A DNA stretch of 64,000 nt from an uncultured Desulfobacter sp. (GTDB lineage Bacteria > Desulfobacterota > Desulfobacteria > Desulfobacterales > Desulfobacteraceae), in assembly GCA_963665095.1 (NCBI GenBank), contig OY762069.1:3936001-4000000 (forward strand). The letters are read 5' to 3'. This document shows positions 30,836 to 40,097 of this stretch, in pieces (position 1 is the stretch's first letter; every line of letters begins with the position of its first letter). A model generated the notes under the pieces. The model was given only the letters and a program-made list of their open reading frames with translations, made no database searches and had not been told where the DNA came from. Both the position numbers and the translations under genes were made by a program.

Positions 30836-32020
30836 ATGAAACCCAGATCTATCGTCCATATAAATATTGCGGATTTCGCCGCCCGGATAGAGGCAGGCAG
30901 CAGCCCGTCCCTGCAGGACCGTCCCGTGGTCATTGCCCCTGCAGATGCGCCCAGGGCCGTGGTCTATGATATGAATGAAACCGCCTTTCAGGAAGGCATC
31001 TGCAAAGGCATGCCGCTGTCACAGGTCAGATCCCGGCACCGGGGCATCGTTATTCTGCCCCCCCGGTTCAACCGGTATGAGCGGGTCATGACGGAGATCC
31101 AGAAGCATGGCCTGGCCTTTACACCCGCTGTGGAATCCGGCCGTGGCGACGGGCACCTGTTCCTGGATATCACAGGTACAGGCCGGCTTTACGGACCACC
31201 CCCGGACGTGGCCTTCCGGCTGAAAAAAAGGATCAAAAAATATCTGAGCCTGGATCCCATATGGTCTTTGGCCACGAATAAACTGGTGGCCAAGGCAGCA
31301 TCAAGAATGGTCAAACCCCTGGGGGAATATATTGTGGGGCCCGGGGATGAAGAAAATTTCCTAACCCCTCTTCCTTTAAGCCTTTTGCCCGGATTGACCG
31401 GGCAGGAAGTAAACACTGCGGCCCGGTTCAACCTGGAAACCGTATGCCAGCTCAGACAGTTAACAGCAGCCCAGCTGGCCATCCCTTTTTCAGAACGGGC
31501 CGGCACCATCCTTGGCATGGCCCGGGGCCTGGATATGGAGCCGGTCAGACCGGGGCCGGCTCCCGGACTGACAGCTGATCATGAATTTGCCACAGACACC
31601 AATGACGCAGATGAACTTAAAGCCTGCATGGCCGGTTTGGCCCAGCAGATCTGTCGGGACCTGGACCGCCGTCAATGCCGGGCCAAGATGCTGGAGGTGT
31701 GCATTTCTTACTCTGACGGAATTCAACACCAGGCAAGGCTGACCCAGGTAAAGGAGGAGGGGCTGTTCCTGTTCAGCCAGGTGTGGGGGCTTTTTGAACG
31801 CGTCTGGAAACGCCGGGTCCGTATTCGCCATATCCGGCTGGGCTGTCATACAGCTGCGGCTCAGCCGGTCCAGGCCGACCTGTTCAGGCCCTTGGGTCAG
31901 ACGGGGAAAACCGCCAGATACAGCAGGGTCCAGACCGCTGCCAACCAGGTCCGGGAGCGGTTTGGCAATGCCGCTTTGACCCTTGCCACCGCACTGCAGC
32001 CGGAACCTGCCCTGCCATGA
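30836..32020 (+). CDS. imuB: Y-family polymerase homolog, probably catalytically inactive (ImuB-like)
   Basis: DinB-like fold (GMPL, NKLVAKAAS, LPGL) with HINIADF and GDGHLFLD replacing the catalytic acidic motifs; QADLF clamp motif. Confidence 0.75.
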   Translation: MKPRSIVHINIADFAARIEAGSSPSLQDRPVVIAPADAPRAVVYDMNETAFQEGICKGMPLSQVRSRHRGIVILPPRFNRYERVMTEIQKHGLAFTPAVESGRGDGHLFLDITGTGRLYGPPPDVAFRLKKRIKKYLSLDPIWSLATNKLVAKAASRMVKPLGEYIVGPGDEENFLTPLPLSLLPGLTGQEVNTAARFNLETVCQLRQLTAAQLAIPFSERAGTILGMARGLDMEPVRPGPAPGLTADHEFATDTNDADELKACMAGLAQQICRDLDRRQCRAKMLEVCISYSDGIQHQARLTQVKEEGLFLFSQVWGLFERVWKRRVRIRHIRLGCHTAAAQPVQADLFRPLGQTGKTARYSRVQTAANQVRERFGNAALTLATALQPEPALP

Positions 32021-35000
32021 TTCCTCTGGCTGTCCACTCCCATTACTCCCTGATGCAAGGTGTTTCCGGGGTCAGGGAGATCTGCGCCCATGCCGGGAAA
32101 CTGGGATACTCACGCATTGCCCTTACAGACACAAACAACCTTTACGGGCTGTGGCCCTTTCTATCCGCCTGTGCCGAGTTTGGCCTGCGCCCCGTTGTGG
32201 GCGCTGAAATCACGGACAGAGCAACAGATGCCAGGGTCATTGCCCTGGTAAAAAACCGGCAGGGGTACGCCAACCTGTGCCGTTTGATTACCCGGCGTCA
32301 CCGGGACCCTGCCTTTAACCTGAAAAACGCGACACCGCCCCTTGCCAGCGGCCTGATTCTTCTGACGCCGTCCGTTGCGTGTATAAACCGGTGGGCAGAA
32401 CTTACGCGCCAGGGCATGGCCCTGGATATCGCGGCCTTCCTTGGCCGGAGGCCTCTTTCCCTCCGTCATCCATTGTGCCGGGCAGCCCGGGCCGCGGGGG
32501 TACCGGTAGTGGCTGCACCTGACAGTTTTTTTCTAACCCCCCGGGATCATAGCATCCACACGCTTTTACGGGCCATTGACACCAACACCAGCCTGTCTAA
32601 AATATCACCGGCCCAGCTGGCATCAACAGATGCCTTTCTGGGCAGCCAGGAATACTATGCCCGGAAATTTGCCATCATGCCCGAAGCGGTATCCGCCACC
32701 TACGCCATTGCCGAACGCCTTGAATTCCAGAGGCCTGACTTTGGCATTGTCATGCCGCCCTATGCGGTGCCTGAAGGCCGCACAGCCCATGAACTGCTCA
32801 GGGAAAGAACCATGGCCGGGGCGTTAAGACGGTATGGGCCGAACCTGTCGAGCCGTGTTCTCCAGCGGATCGACCATGAACTGGCCATCATTGAACAGAC
32901 CCGCTTCTCCGCCTATTTTCTGGTGGTGGCGGATATTGTCACCCAGGCGTCTCGTACCTGTGGCCGGGGATCCGGGGCCGCATCCATTGTGGCATACTGC
33001 CTGGATATCACCAATGTATGCCCCATCAAGCACAACCTTTATTTTGAACGGTTTCTCAATCCTGACCGCCGGGACCCGCCGGACATAGACATTGACTTTT
33101 CCTGGGATGAACGCGATGCCCTGCTGACTGCAGTGCTTGAAAAATTTTGCGGCCAGTCAGCCATGGTGGCCAGCCATATCCTGTTCCAGCCCAGGATGGC
33201 GGTGCGGGAAACTGCCCGGGTGTTTGGCCTGCCTGAGGCTGAAATAAAGCGGGCCATCGCAAAGCTTTCCCTGTTCCGGGCGCCTGGTTTTTCCAGCCGG
33301 ACCGGCATGGCGGCATCCGGCTGCCCGATCCATATGAATGGCGTTCCCGCCATAACGGGTTTGACTGAACCCTGGCCCCGGATTTTACACCTGGCATCCG
33401 CACTTATTGACACGCCAAGACATCTGTCGGTTCACCCCGGCGGAATCGTGATCACGCCGGATCCTCTGGACACCTATGTTCCGGTGGAAACCGCCCCCAA
33501 AGGCATTCCTGTGATCCAGTGGGAAAAAGAGGGGGCTGAGGCTGCCGGCCTGGTTAAAATAGATCTTCTGGGAAACCGGAGCCTGGGCGTTATCCGGGAC
33601 TGTATTGCGACCATCAGCGACACCCGGGGCGCGTTCACCGATTTTGAAGAAATGGATCCCGAGGATGACCCCTTAACCCAGCAGCAGGTGGCAAAGGGAC
33701 TTACCATGGGCTGTTTTTATATTGAAAGCCCTGCCATGCGCCTGCTTCAAAAAAAATCCAACCAGGGTGATTTCAGGCATCTGGTGATTCACTCCAGTAT
33801 TATCCGGCCCGCTGCCAATGAGTATATAAAAGAGTACCTCACACGGCTTCACACAGGGGACTGGGAACCAATTCACCCGCTCATGGCAGGGCTTCTCGAC
33901 GAGACCTTCGGCATTATGGTGTACCAGGAGGATGTGTCAAAGGCAGCGGTGCATCTGGCCGGTTTTAGCCATGCCAGGGCGGATGAACTACGGAAAGTCA
34001 TGTCCAAAAAGGACCGGCACAAAAAACTTGATGCCTTTAAAGCGGAATTTTCCAAAGGGGCCAGGGCCCGGGGCGTGTCCCAGGATGCCATTGACCGCAT
34101 CTGGAAGATGATCATCTCCTTTTCCGGGTACTCCTTCTGCAAACCGCACTCCGCCTCCTATGCCCGGGTCTCTTTTCAGGCGGCTTTTTTAAAAACCCAC
34201 TATCCTGCCGAGTTTATGGCTGCGGTGATCTCCAACCAGGGCGGGTTTTATTCCACCTTTGCCTATGTATCCGAAGCCCGGCGCATGGGTATCACCATCC
34301 AGGGGCCTGATGTCAGATGCAGTGAAATCCGCTGGTCCGGCAGCAACGGACGAATCCGGGTGGGGCTCATGGCAGTCAAGGGACTTTCAAGGGAGACCAT
34401 GGACCGCATTGTCAGCCAACGGGAATGCTCGGTTTTTTCAAACAGTTTTGATTTTTTTGACCGGGTCCGACCCAGGGAAGATGAGGTGAGAACGCTTACA
34501 GACAGCGGCAGCCTTGACAGCCTGGAAGCGACCAAAAGCCGGGCAGGCCTGGCATGGGCCCATTGCGCCTGGCAGGCATCCCGGCGGACCTGCAACAGTG
34601 CTGATACACTTTTTTCTCTGCCGGCTTCCCGAATCCCCGATCTTCCCGCAGATGACCCTGTAAAACGCCTTCGCCTGGAATTTGCCGTACTGGGCTTCCT
34701 TCCCTGCTGCCACCCCATGTCACTGGTGATGAAACGGGTGAAAGCGGCAGCTATTGTTAAAGCTATTGATCTGCCCGGCATGGCCGGCCGCAGGATCAGC
34801 ACGGCCGGGTGGCTGATCACAGGCAAACTGGTGAAAACAAAGAAAGGGGATCCCATGAAATTCTTAACCTTTGAAGATGACACCGGCCTTGTGGAAACCG
34901 TGTTTTTCCCCGGAACATATGCCCGGTATTCCCACATCCTTTATAATGGACGGCCGTATTTACTTTTCGGGCAGGTTGAAATGGAGTGGGGAGTTGCCAC

Positions 35001-35034
35001 GCTAACTGTCATCCGGGCCCGTCAAATCCGATAA
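32017..35034 (+). CDS. dnaE2: Error-prone DNA polymerase III alpha (DnaE2/ImuC type)
   Basis: PHP (HSHYS, LTDTN), RGSGAAS, PDIDIDF, KIDLLG, YQE, GYSFCKPH, OB fold; ATGA overlap with imuB. Confidence 0.85.
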   Translation: MIPLAVHSHYSLMQGVSGVREICAHAGKLGYSRIALTDTNNLYGLWPFLSACAEFGLRPVVGAEITDRATDARVIALVKNRQGYANLCRLITRRHRDPAFNLKNATPPLASGLILLTPSVACINRWAELTRQGMALDIAAFLGRRPLSLRHPLCRAARAAGVPVVAAPDSFFLTPRDHSIHTLLRAIDTNTSLSKISPAQLASTDAFLGSQEYYARKFAIMPEAVSATYAIAERLEFQRPDFGIVMPPYAVPEGRTAHELLRERTMAGALRRYGPNLSSRVLQRIDHELAIIEQTRFSAYFLVVADIVTQASRTCGRGSGAASIVAYCLDITNVCPIKHNLYFERFLNPDRRDPPDIDIDFSWDERDALLTAVLEKFCGQSAMVASHILFQPRMAVRETARVFGLPEAEIKRAIAKLSLFRAPGFSSRTGMAASGCPIHMNGVPAITGLTEPWPRILHLASALIDTPRHLSVHPGGIVITPDPLDTYVPVETAPKGIPVIQWEKEGAEAAGLVKIDLLGNRSLGVIRDCIATISDTRGAFTDFEEMDPEDDPLTQQQVAKGLTMGCFYIESPAMRLLQKKSNQGDFRHLVIHSSIIRPAANEYIKEYLTRLHTGDWEPIHPLMAGLLDETFGIMVYQEDVSKAAVHLAGFSHARADELRKVMSKKDRHKKLDAFKAEFSKGARARGVSQDAIDRIWKMIISFSGYSFCKPHSASYARVSFQAAFLKTHYPAEFMAAVISNQGGFYSTFAYVSEARRMGITIQGPDVRCSEIRWSGSNGRIRVGLMAVKGLSRETMDRIVSQRECSVFSNSFDFFDRVRPREDEVRTLTDSGSLDSLEATKSRAGLAWAHCAWQASRRTCNSADTLFSLPASRIPDLPADDPVKRLRLEFAVLGFLPCCHPMSLVMKRVKAAAIVKAIDLPGMAGRRISTAGWLITGKLVKTKKGDPMKFLTFEDDTGLVETVFFPGTYARYSHILYNGRPYLLFGQVEMEWGVATLTVIRARQIR

Positions 35035-35307
35035 AATAGACAATTATGTAATTTCATGCCGCAAAAACATTTCACCCTGTTATGTATTATCCCCCGAATA
35101 GACCCTAAATTCGACATATTTTGTTATACTTATGGTATACCATTAAAAAACAACATTTTTGTACTTCAAGTTTGATTTGAATATTGCAATTTTGTAAATA
35201 AAAATTTTTTTTCTATTCATAAACTGGGGAAACCCAAAGGGGTTTGATAACAAAATATTTACTATGATTTCAATGTATTATCACTATTTAAAATATGAAG
35301 ATCAAAG

Positions 35308-35324
35308 TTGGTATAACATTTGCT
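35308..35324 (+). promoter_or_regulatory. Sigma54 (-24/-12) promoter of amtB
   Basis: TTGGTATAACATTTGCT: GG-N10-GC about 100 bp upstream of amtB. Confidence 0.7.
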
Positions 35325-35421
35325 TTAATTAAGAACAAAATTGTTAAATTAATGCATGCTTGTGAAAAATTTGTATCTTTACAAGCCAACAAAATCTTTT
35401 TCAACCAAAGAAAGGAAGCAA

Positions 35422-36717
35422 ATGATGCTCAGACTCTGTGTATGTACCATTGGACTGTTTCTGCTGAATGTATGCCCGGCCCTGGCCGGGGAAGGCACCA
35501 TTGACACCGGGGATACCGCATGGGTAACCATGTCCACAGCCCTTGTCATGATGATGACCCCGGCGGGCCTGGCCCTGTTTTACGGCGGCCTTTCCCGGTA
35601 TAAGAACCTGCTGAACACCATTGCCATGACCCTGGTTGCCTACTGCCTCGCCTCAGTGGTATGGGTGGGCTGGGGGTACTCACTGGCCTTCGGGGAGAGC
35701 GACAGCCTTTTTATAGGCAGCCTGAACCATCTGTTCTTATCCGGCATTGACATTCACTCGGTTTCCGGCACCATCCCCACCATTATTTTTGTTCTGTTCC
35801 AGATGACCTTTGCCTGTATTTCCGTTGCCATTGTTCTGGGTTCTGTGGTGGACAGAATGAAGTTCTCTTCCTGGATTCTGTTTACTGTTCTCTGGGTGAC
35901 ATTTGTGTATGCGCCGGTGTGTAACTGGGCATGGGGCGGTGGCTGGATGGATCATATTGGTGCCTTTGACTTTGCCGGCGGCAACGTGGTTCACATCAAC
36001 GCAGGGGTATCCGGACTGGTCCTGGCCCTGATTTTGGGCAAACGGAACGGCTACGGCAAAGATCCCATGATCCCCTCTTCAGTTACCTTTACAGCCCTGG
36101 GCGCAGGCCTTTTATGGTTTGGCTGGTTTGGTTTTAATGCCGGCAGCGAGCTGGCAGCCGACGGTATTGCAGCATCTGCGTTCATGGTCACCAATACAGC
36201 GGCTGCCATGGCCGGTATTGCCTGGTTGTTCTTTGAATGGAAAATGACAGGAAAGCCCACCCTGCTTGGCCTGGCCTCAGGTGTCGTGGCAGGGCTTGTG
36301 GGTATTACACCCGCAGCCGGTTTTGTCTCCCTGGGCGGCAGCTTTGCCATTGGTGCCGTCGCCGGTGTATTAGGGTATGTGGGTGTGGCTGTGATCAAGC
36401 AGAAAATGGGATACGATGATTCCCTTGACGCATTTGGCATTCACGGTCTTTGCGGCATCTGGGGAGCCCTTGCCACAGGGCTTTTTGCCACGCCAGCGGT
36501 TACTGAGGGCAAAGCCGGTCTTTTCTACGGAAACCCCGGTCAGGTGGGCACCCAGTTATTGTCCATCATCGGCACCATTGCATTTTCTGCCGTGGCCACG
36601 CTCATCGTCACTTACATCACCAAAATGCTGACCGGTGGCATCAGGGTCAATGCGGATGACGAACTCACCGGCCTTGACAACGCTATCCACGGTGAACGCG
36701 GATTTGAGATTGAGTAA
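35422..36717 (+). CDS. amtB: Ammonium transporter
   Basis: FQMTFA, DFAGGNVVH, LWFGWFGFNAGS, DDSLDAFGIHG, HGE. Confidence 0.96.
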   Translation: MMLRLCVCTIGLFLLNVCPALAGEGTIDTGDTAWVTMSTALVMMMTPAGLALFYGGLSRYKNLLNTIAMTLVAYCLASVVWVGWGYSLAFGESDSLFIGSLNHLFLSGIDIHSVSGTIPTIIFVLFQMTFACISVAIVLGSVVDRMKFSSWILFTVLWVTFVYAPVCNWAWGGGWMDHIGAFDFAGGNVVHINAGVSGLVLALILGKRNGYGKDPMIPSSVTFTALGAGLLWFGWFGFNAGSELAADGIAASAFMVTNTAAAMAGIAWLFFEWKMTGKPTLLGLASGVVAGLVGITPAAGFVSLGGSFAIGAVAGVLGYVGVAVIKQKMGYDDSLDAFGIHGLCGIWGALATGLFATPAVTEGKAGLFYGNPGQVGTQLLSIIGTIAFSAVATLIVTYITKMLTGGIRVNADDELTGLDNAIHGERGFEIE

Positions 36718-36777
36718 CTGCGTCAAATCCTGCCACGGCAACTATCGATTTCCAGCTTAACATTTACATTGAACGAA

Positions 36778-36809
36778 ACGGGCCGGACAATTTAATTAGT
36801 CCGGGCCGT
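36778..36809. terminator. Hairpin between convergent amtB and the caspase gene
   Basis: acgggccggac...gtccgggccgt imperfect inverted repeat. Confidence 0.5.
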
Positions 36810-36815
36810 ATTATT

Positions 36816-38282
36816 TTAATTTTTGGCGCGTTTTTTGTCCCAATAGGCTTTAATATTATTGCCCAGCCGGTCAGTCCCGGTGGAAACCGCTTTCTGGAAG
36901 TTCTGCATCATGTTCAGATCGGTGTAACTTATCTGCCCGCTTTCCGGGGAGGCAGCCGCGCTTCCTGATGTCAGGTCTACGGCTTTAATTACAAAAGCTG
37001 CCATATGGAGGGTGGTTTTCTGACCATAAAATTTAAGTTCCCTGGAACCGGTCTTTTTTATTTCCGCGGTTACCAGGATCTGGGCTTTGTTATCCGACAA
37101 ATGCTTATTAATTTCCGACCATTTCAAATCTCCTGCAGACCCCGCTTTACTTAAAGAGGGAATGGATGCTGTTGAGCAGTAGTCCAGGCCGCTGTTCATA
37201 AATGCCGCCTCAAGCTGGGCTGTGAACAGGGAGACTATGTCATCGTCCCCCCGGGAATGTATCAGCACCCTGGGCTTTGCTGGCAGCCCCAGTGAAGAGA
37301 CGGCATTTGACGGTCTTTCCGGGATGATCTTTTGCGGTTCCACACTGGCTACCTGAACGGATCTCACCGGCGGTGCTGCTTTTACCTGGGACGTCACCTG
37401 TGAATCCTGTGCCGCGCCTCCTCCGCCTGAAGCGGCTGAACCGGGTGAGCTGAAAACGAAATCCCCCCTGGACAGTTCATAATCAGGTATCTTCCCGTAC
37501 TGGGGCGTCTGCTGAATATATGAAGGGATCAGGTTCTGCAGATGGACCCCGAGCTCTGTGCCGGTTATAAATCCGTCTTTGTTCAGGTCTGCTGTTCCAT
37601 AGATCAGTGCATCCACAAAGGCCGGTGTAAAGGTACTTTTTGCCGGCACACTTTCGCCGGCACTTCCTGCAGTGATGAACTGCCGAACCGGTTTACCTGT
37701 GAGCATGCTGATCTGGGGCGGCATCTTGGGAAGATCCCGCTGTTTGAATATGGTACCGGAAAAACAGGAATCAAAAAGGAACAGGGCGTGTTTGGCATCC
37801 ATCTGGCGGCACCATGATATAATCTGGTTCATATCCAGGGCGGTTCGCTTAAAATTGGCTGCATCCTTATGGGGAATCGGCGCATCAACAGGTACCAGAT
37901 ATCCCCGGCTCCCGTCGTCCATGGTGTGACCATGGCCTGCATAGTAGAACAGAAGCCGATTTTCCGAATTGTAGCCATAGGCATTGATAAAGGATTCAAA
38001 GGCCTCCTTAAGTGTTTTTCCGTCAGGGTCTGTAACAGTTTGAACAATAAAGCCCTTGTCGGTAAGCGTCTTTTCAAGCAGCCGGATATCTGCGGGAATG
38101 CTTTCAAGATCAGGCCAGCCGTTTGTGTAATCACTGGCCCCGATGAGCAGGGCATGGCTCTCCTTGAAAAATCCCACGGTCTGCCCGGATTCTGTTTTAA
38201 CAGAAAGTGCGGCCCAGACACACAGAGATGAAAGTTGCAGAAAAAGAAGTGCGGCAAAGGCCTTAACAAGCCATGATTTCAT
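36816..38282 (-). CDS. Exported caspase-family (C14) cysteine protease with C-terminal alpha/beta domain
   Basis: Signal peptide MKSWLVKAF...VWA; ALLIG, YYAGHG (His), FDSCFSG (Cys); low-complexity linker. Confidence 0.88.
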   Translation of the reverse strand: MKSWLVKAFAALLFLQLSSLCVWAALSVKTESGQTVGFFKESHALLIGASDYTNGWPDLESIPADIRLLEKTLTDKGFIVQTVTDPDGKTLKEAFESFINAYGYNSENRLLFYYAGHGHTMDDGSRGYLVPVDAPIPHKDAANFKRTALDMNQIISWCRQMDAKHALFLFDSCFSGTIFKQRDLPKMPPQISMLTGKPVRQFITAGSAGESVPAKSTFTPAFVDALIYGTADLNKDGFITGTELGVHLQNLIPSYIQQTPQYGKIPDYELSRGDFVFSSPGSAASGGGGAAQDSQVTSQVKAAPPVRSVQVASVEPQKIIPERPSNAVSSLGLPAKPRVLIHSRGDDDIVSLFTAQLEAAFMNSGLDYCSTASIPSLSKAGSAGDLKWSEINKHLSDNKAQILVTAEIKKTGSRELKFYGQKTTLHMAAFVIKAVDLTSGSAAASPESGQISYTDLNMMQNFQKAVSTGTDRLGNNIKAYWDKKRAKN

Positions 38283-38365
38283 TTTAATACGGCAATTTAT
38301 ATTCCCGGCTGATTCACTGTTATATAAAATAAACATTGGCATTTCCTTTATAACGGGTCCAAACG

Positions 38366-39997
38366 CTAAACATCCACCTGTTCGGGTTTCAAGTATTGCC
38401 TGGCATAGGGGCCAAACAACTGTTTCTCCCTGAACAGCCGGACAATTTCTTTATCAATGTGCCCGTCCTTTTCCATAAACCCCAGAATATCCAGTGCCAT
38501 TGACAGGGACATGGGCTGTTTGTAAGGCCGGTCTGGCGCTGTCAGGGCTTCAAATATGTCTGCAATGGCCATGATCCGGGTGGGAATATCCAGATCTTTG
38601 GCCCCCTTACCATAAGGATATCCGGAACCATCCAGCTTTTCATGGTGGGCGGAAGCGATCTGGGGAACCTTTTTAAGATGCTGTGGAAATGGAAGCTCGC
38701 ATAGAATCTTCTGGGTGGCCACCACATGATTTTCTATGACTTTTCGTTCCGCCGTGGTCAGATTTCCTTTTCTGATGCTTAGATTTTCAAGCTCCTCAGA
38801 TGTCAGAAGGGGATCATGCCCGGGGAACATCTGCCGCCCCGCAATTTCTTCAAGCCGCTGAACATGGTCATCCTTCATGAAAAATTTACTTTCATTACAT
38901 TTGCAGATAAAGTCCAGATCCGATTCAAGCTGCTCTTTTTCTCTTTGAAACGTCTCTTTAACAGATTGAACTTCAGACGGGCTTAATGGATTTCCCTTGC
39001 CGTCCCCGGCGATTATCTTTTTCAATGCAAAGGTCTCCAGCTCCTTGACCATAAGCTGGAACCGCAGATGAACAACATGGATCCCGTCACGGATGGTTTC
39101 AAGTTTGGTGCTCTTGTTAACCACATATTCAGGTGTGGTTATTTTTCCCACATCGTGCATCCAGGCAGCTATTTTGAGCTCTTCCAGCTCATCTTCAGAA
39201 AACTGCGCATCGGCAAGGGGGCCTGTGGTTTCAGCATTGATCCCTTCAGCAATCAGCTGAACCAGTTCCACCACCCGGTTGATATGCCCACCGGTATAAG
39301 GGGATTTTTCATCAACCGCGGCCGCAATGCTCTTGATAAAAGAATCAAACAGGTGTTTCAGGTTGGCGATAAGCTGCCGGTTGCTCAGAGCCGTGGCTGC
39401 CAGGGATGCCAGGGCGCTGACCACGTTGGTCTGCTCTTTGTCAAAGGGAATCACCTCTTCTGTGTCATAGTTGGTGGCATTTAAAAGCTGAAGCACGCCG
39501 ATAACGTTGTTTTCATGGTCGATCATCGGGATGACCAGCATGGACCTGGACCGGTAGCCGGTTTTTTCATCATAGGCCCTGGCCCCTTCAAAATTAAACT
39601 CCGTTGAATCATAAATATCTTTTATATTCAGGGTCTCTTTTGCCAGGGCTGCATAGGAGGAGGCATAGGACAGATTGTCTGACCCGTCTTCCTTTTGAAG
39701 GGGGACCGGAGGAAACTTATTCGTTCCTGTGCCGGAACCGGCCAGGATTCTAATCCCCTGGCTTTTATTCCGGACAAAGGCAAAGTCCAGCTGTTTCCTG
39801 GTTTCATTTTCTCCAGTCACTTCGGTGACAATATACAGGGTGCCGGCATCTGCCGTACTGATACGCAATGCCTCATCAAGGATTCTTTCAAGAAGCCGGT
39901 TAATGTCGTGTTCAGCAGTCAGGGCCAGGGCAATGCCAATAATATTCTTTGCCGCCGTCAGCTTGAAACTGTATGAATCATTATCAAATTCAGTCAT
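38366..39997 (-). CDS. GAF / HD-GYP cyclic dinucleotide phosphodiesterase
   Basis: GAF (TGYRSRSMLVIPM..IGVLQLLN), HDVGK, HHEKLDGSGYP, ADIFEALTAPDRPYK. Confidence 0.93.
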   Translation of the reverse strand: MTEFDNDSYSFKLTAAKNIIGIALALTAEHDINRLLERILDEALRISTADAGTLYIVTEVTGENETRKQLDFAFVRNKSQGIRILAGSGTGTNKFPPVPLQKEDGSDNLSYASSYAALAKETLNIKDIYDSTEFNFEGARAYDEKTGYRSRSMLVIPMIDHENNVIGVLQLLNATNYDTEEVIPFDKEQTNVVSALASLAATALSNRQLIANLKHLFDSFIKSIAAAVDEKSPYTGGHINRVVELVQLIAEGINAETTGPLADAQFSEDELEELKIAAWMHDVGKITTPEYVVNKSTKLETIRDGIHVVHLRFQLMVKELETFALKKIIAGDGKGNPLSPSEVQSVKETFQREKEQLESDLDFICKCNESKFFMKDDHVQRLEEIAGRQMFPGHDPLLTSEELENLSIRKGNLTTAERKVIENHVVATQKILCELPFPQHLKKVPQIASAHHEKLDGSGYPYGKGAKDLDIPTRIMAIADIFEALTAPDRPYKQPMSLSMALDILGFMEKDGHIDKEIVRLFREKQLFGPYARQYLKPEQVDV

Positions 39998-40097
39998 GGA
40001 GAAATGCCTTTATTTATATGCTGCCGGATACTTAAACTGAAACAGCGTCTCATTTTCAAATACGAACACCCCCCGGATACAGCCCGGCAGACACCAG

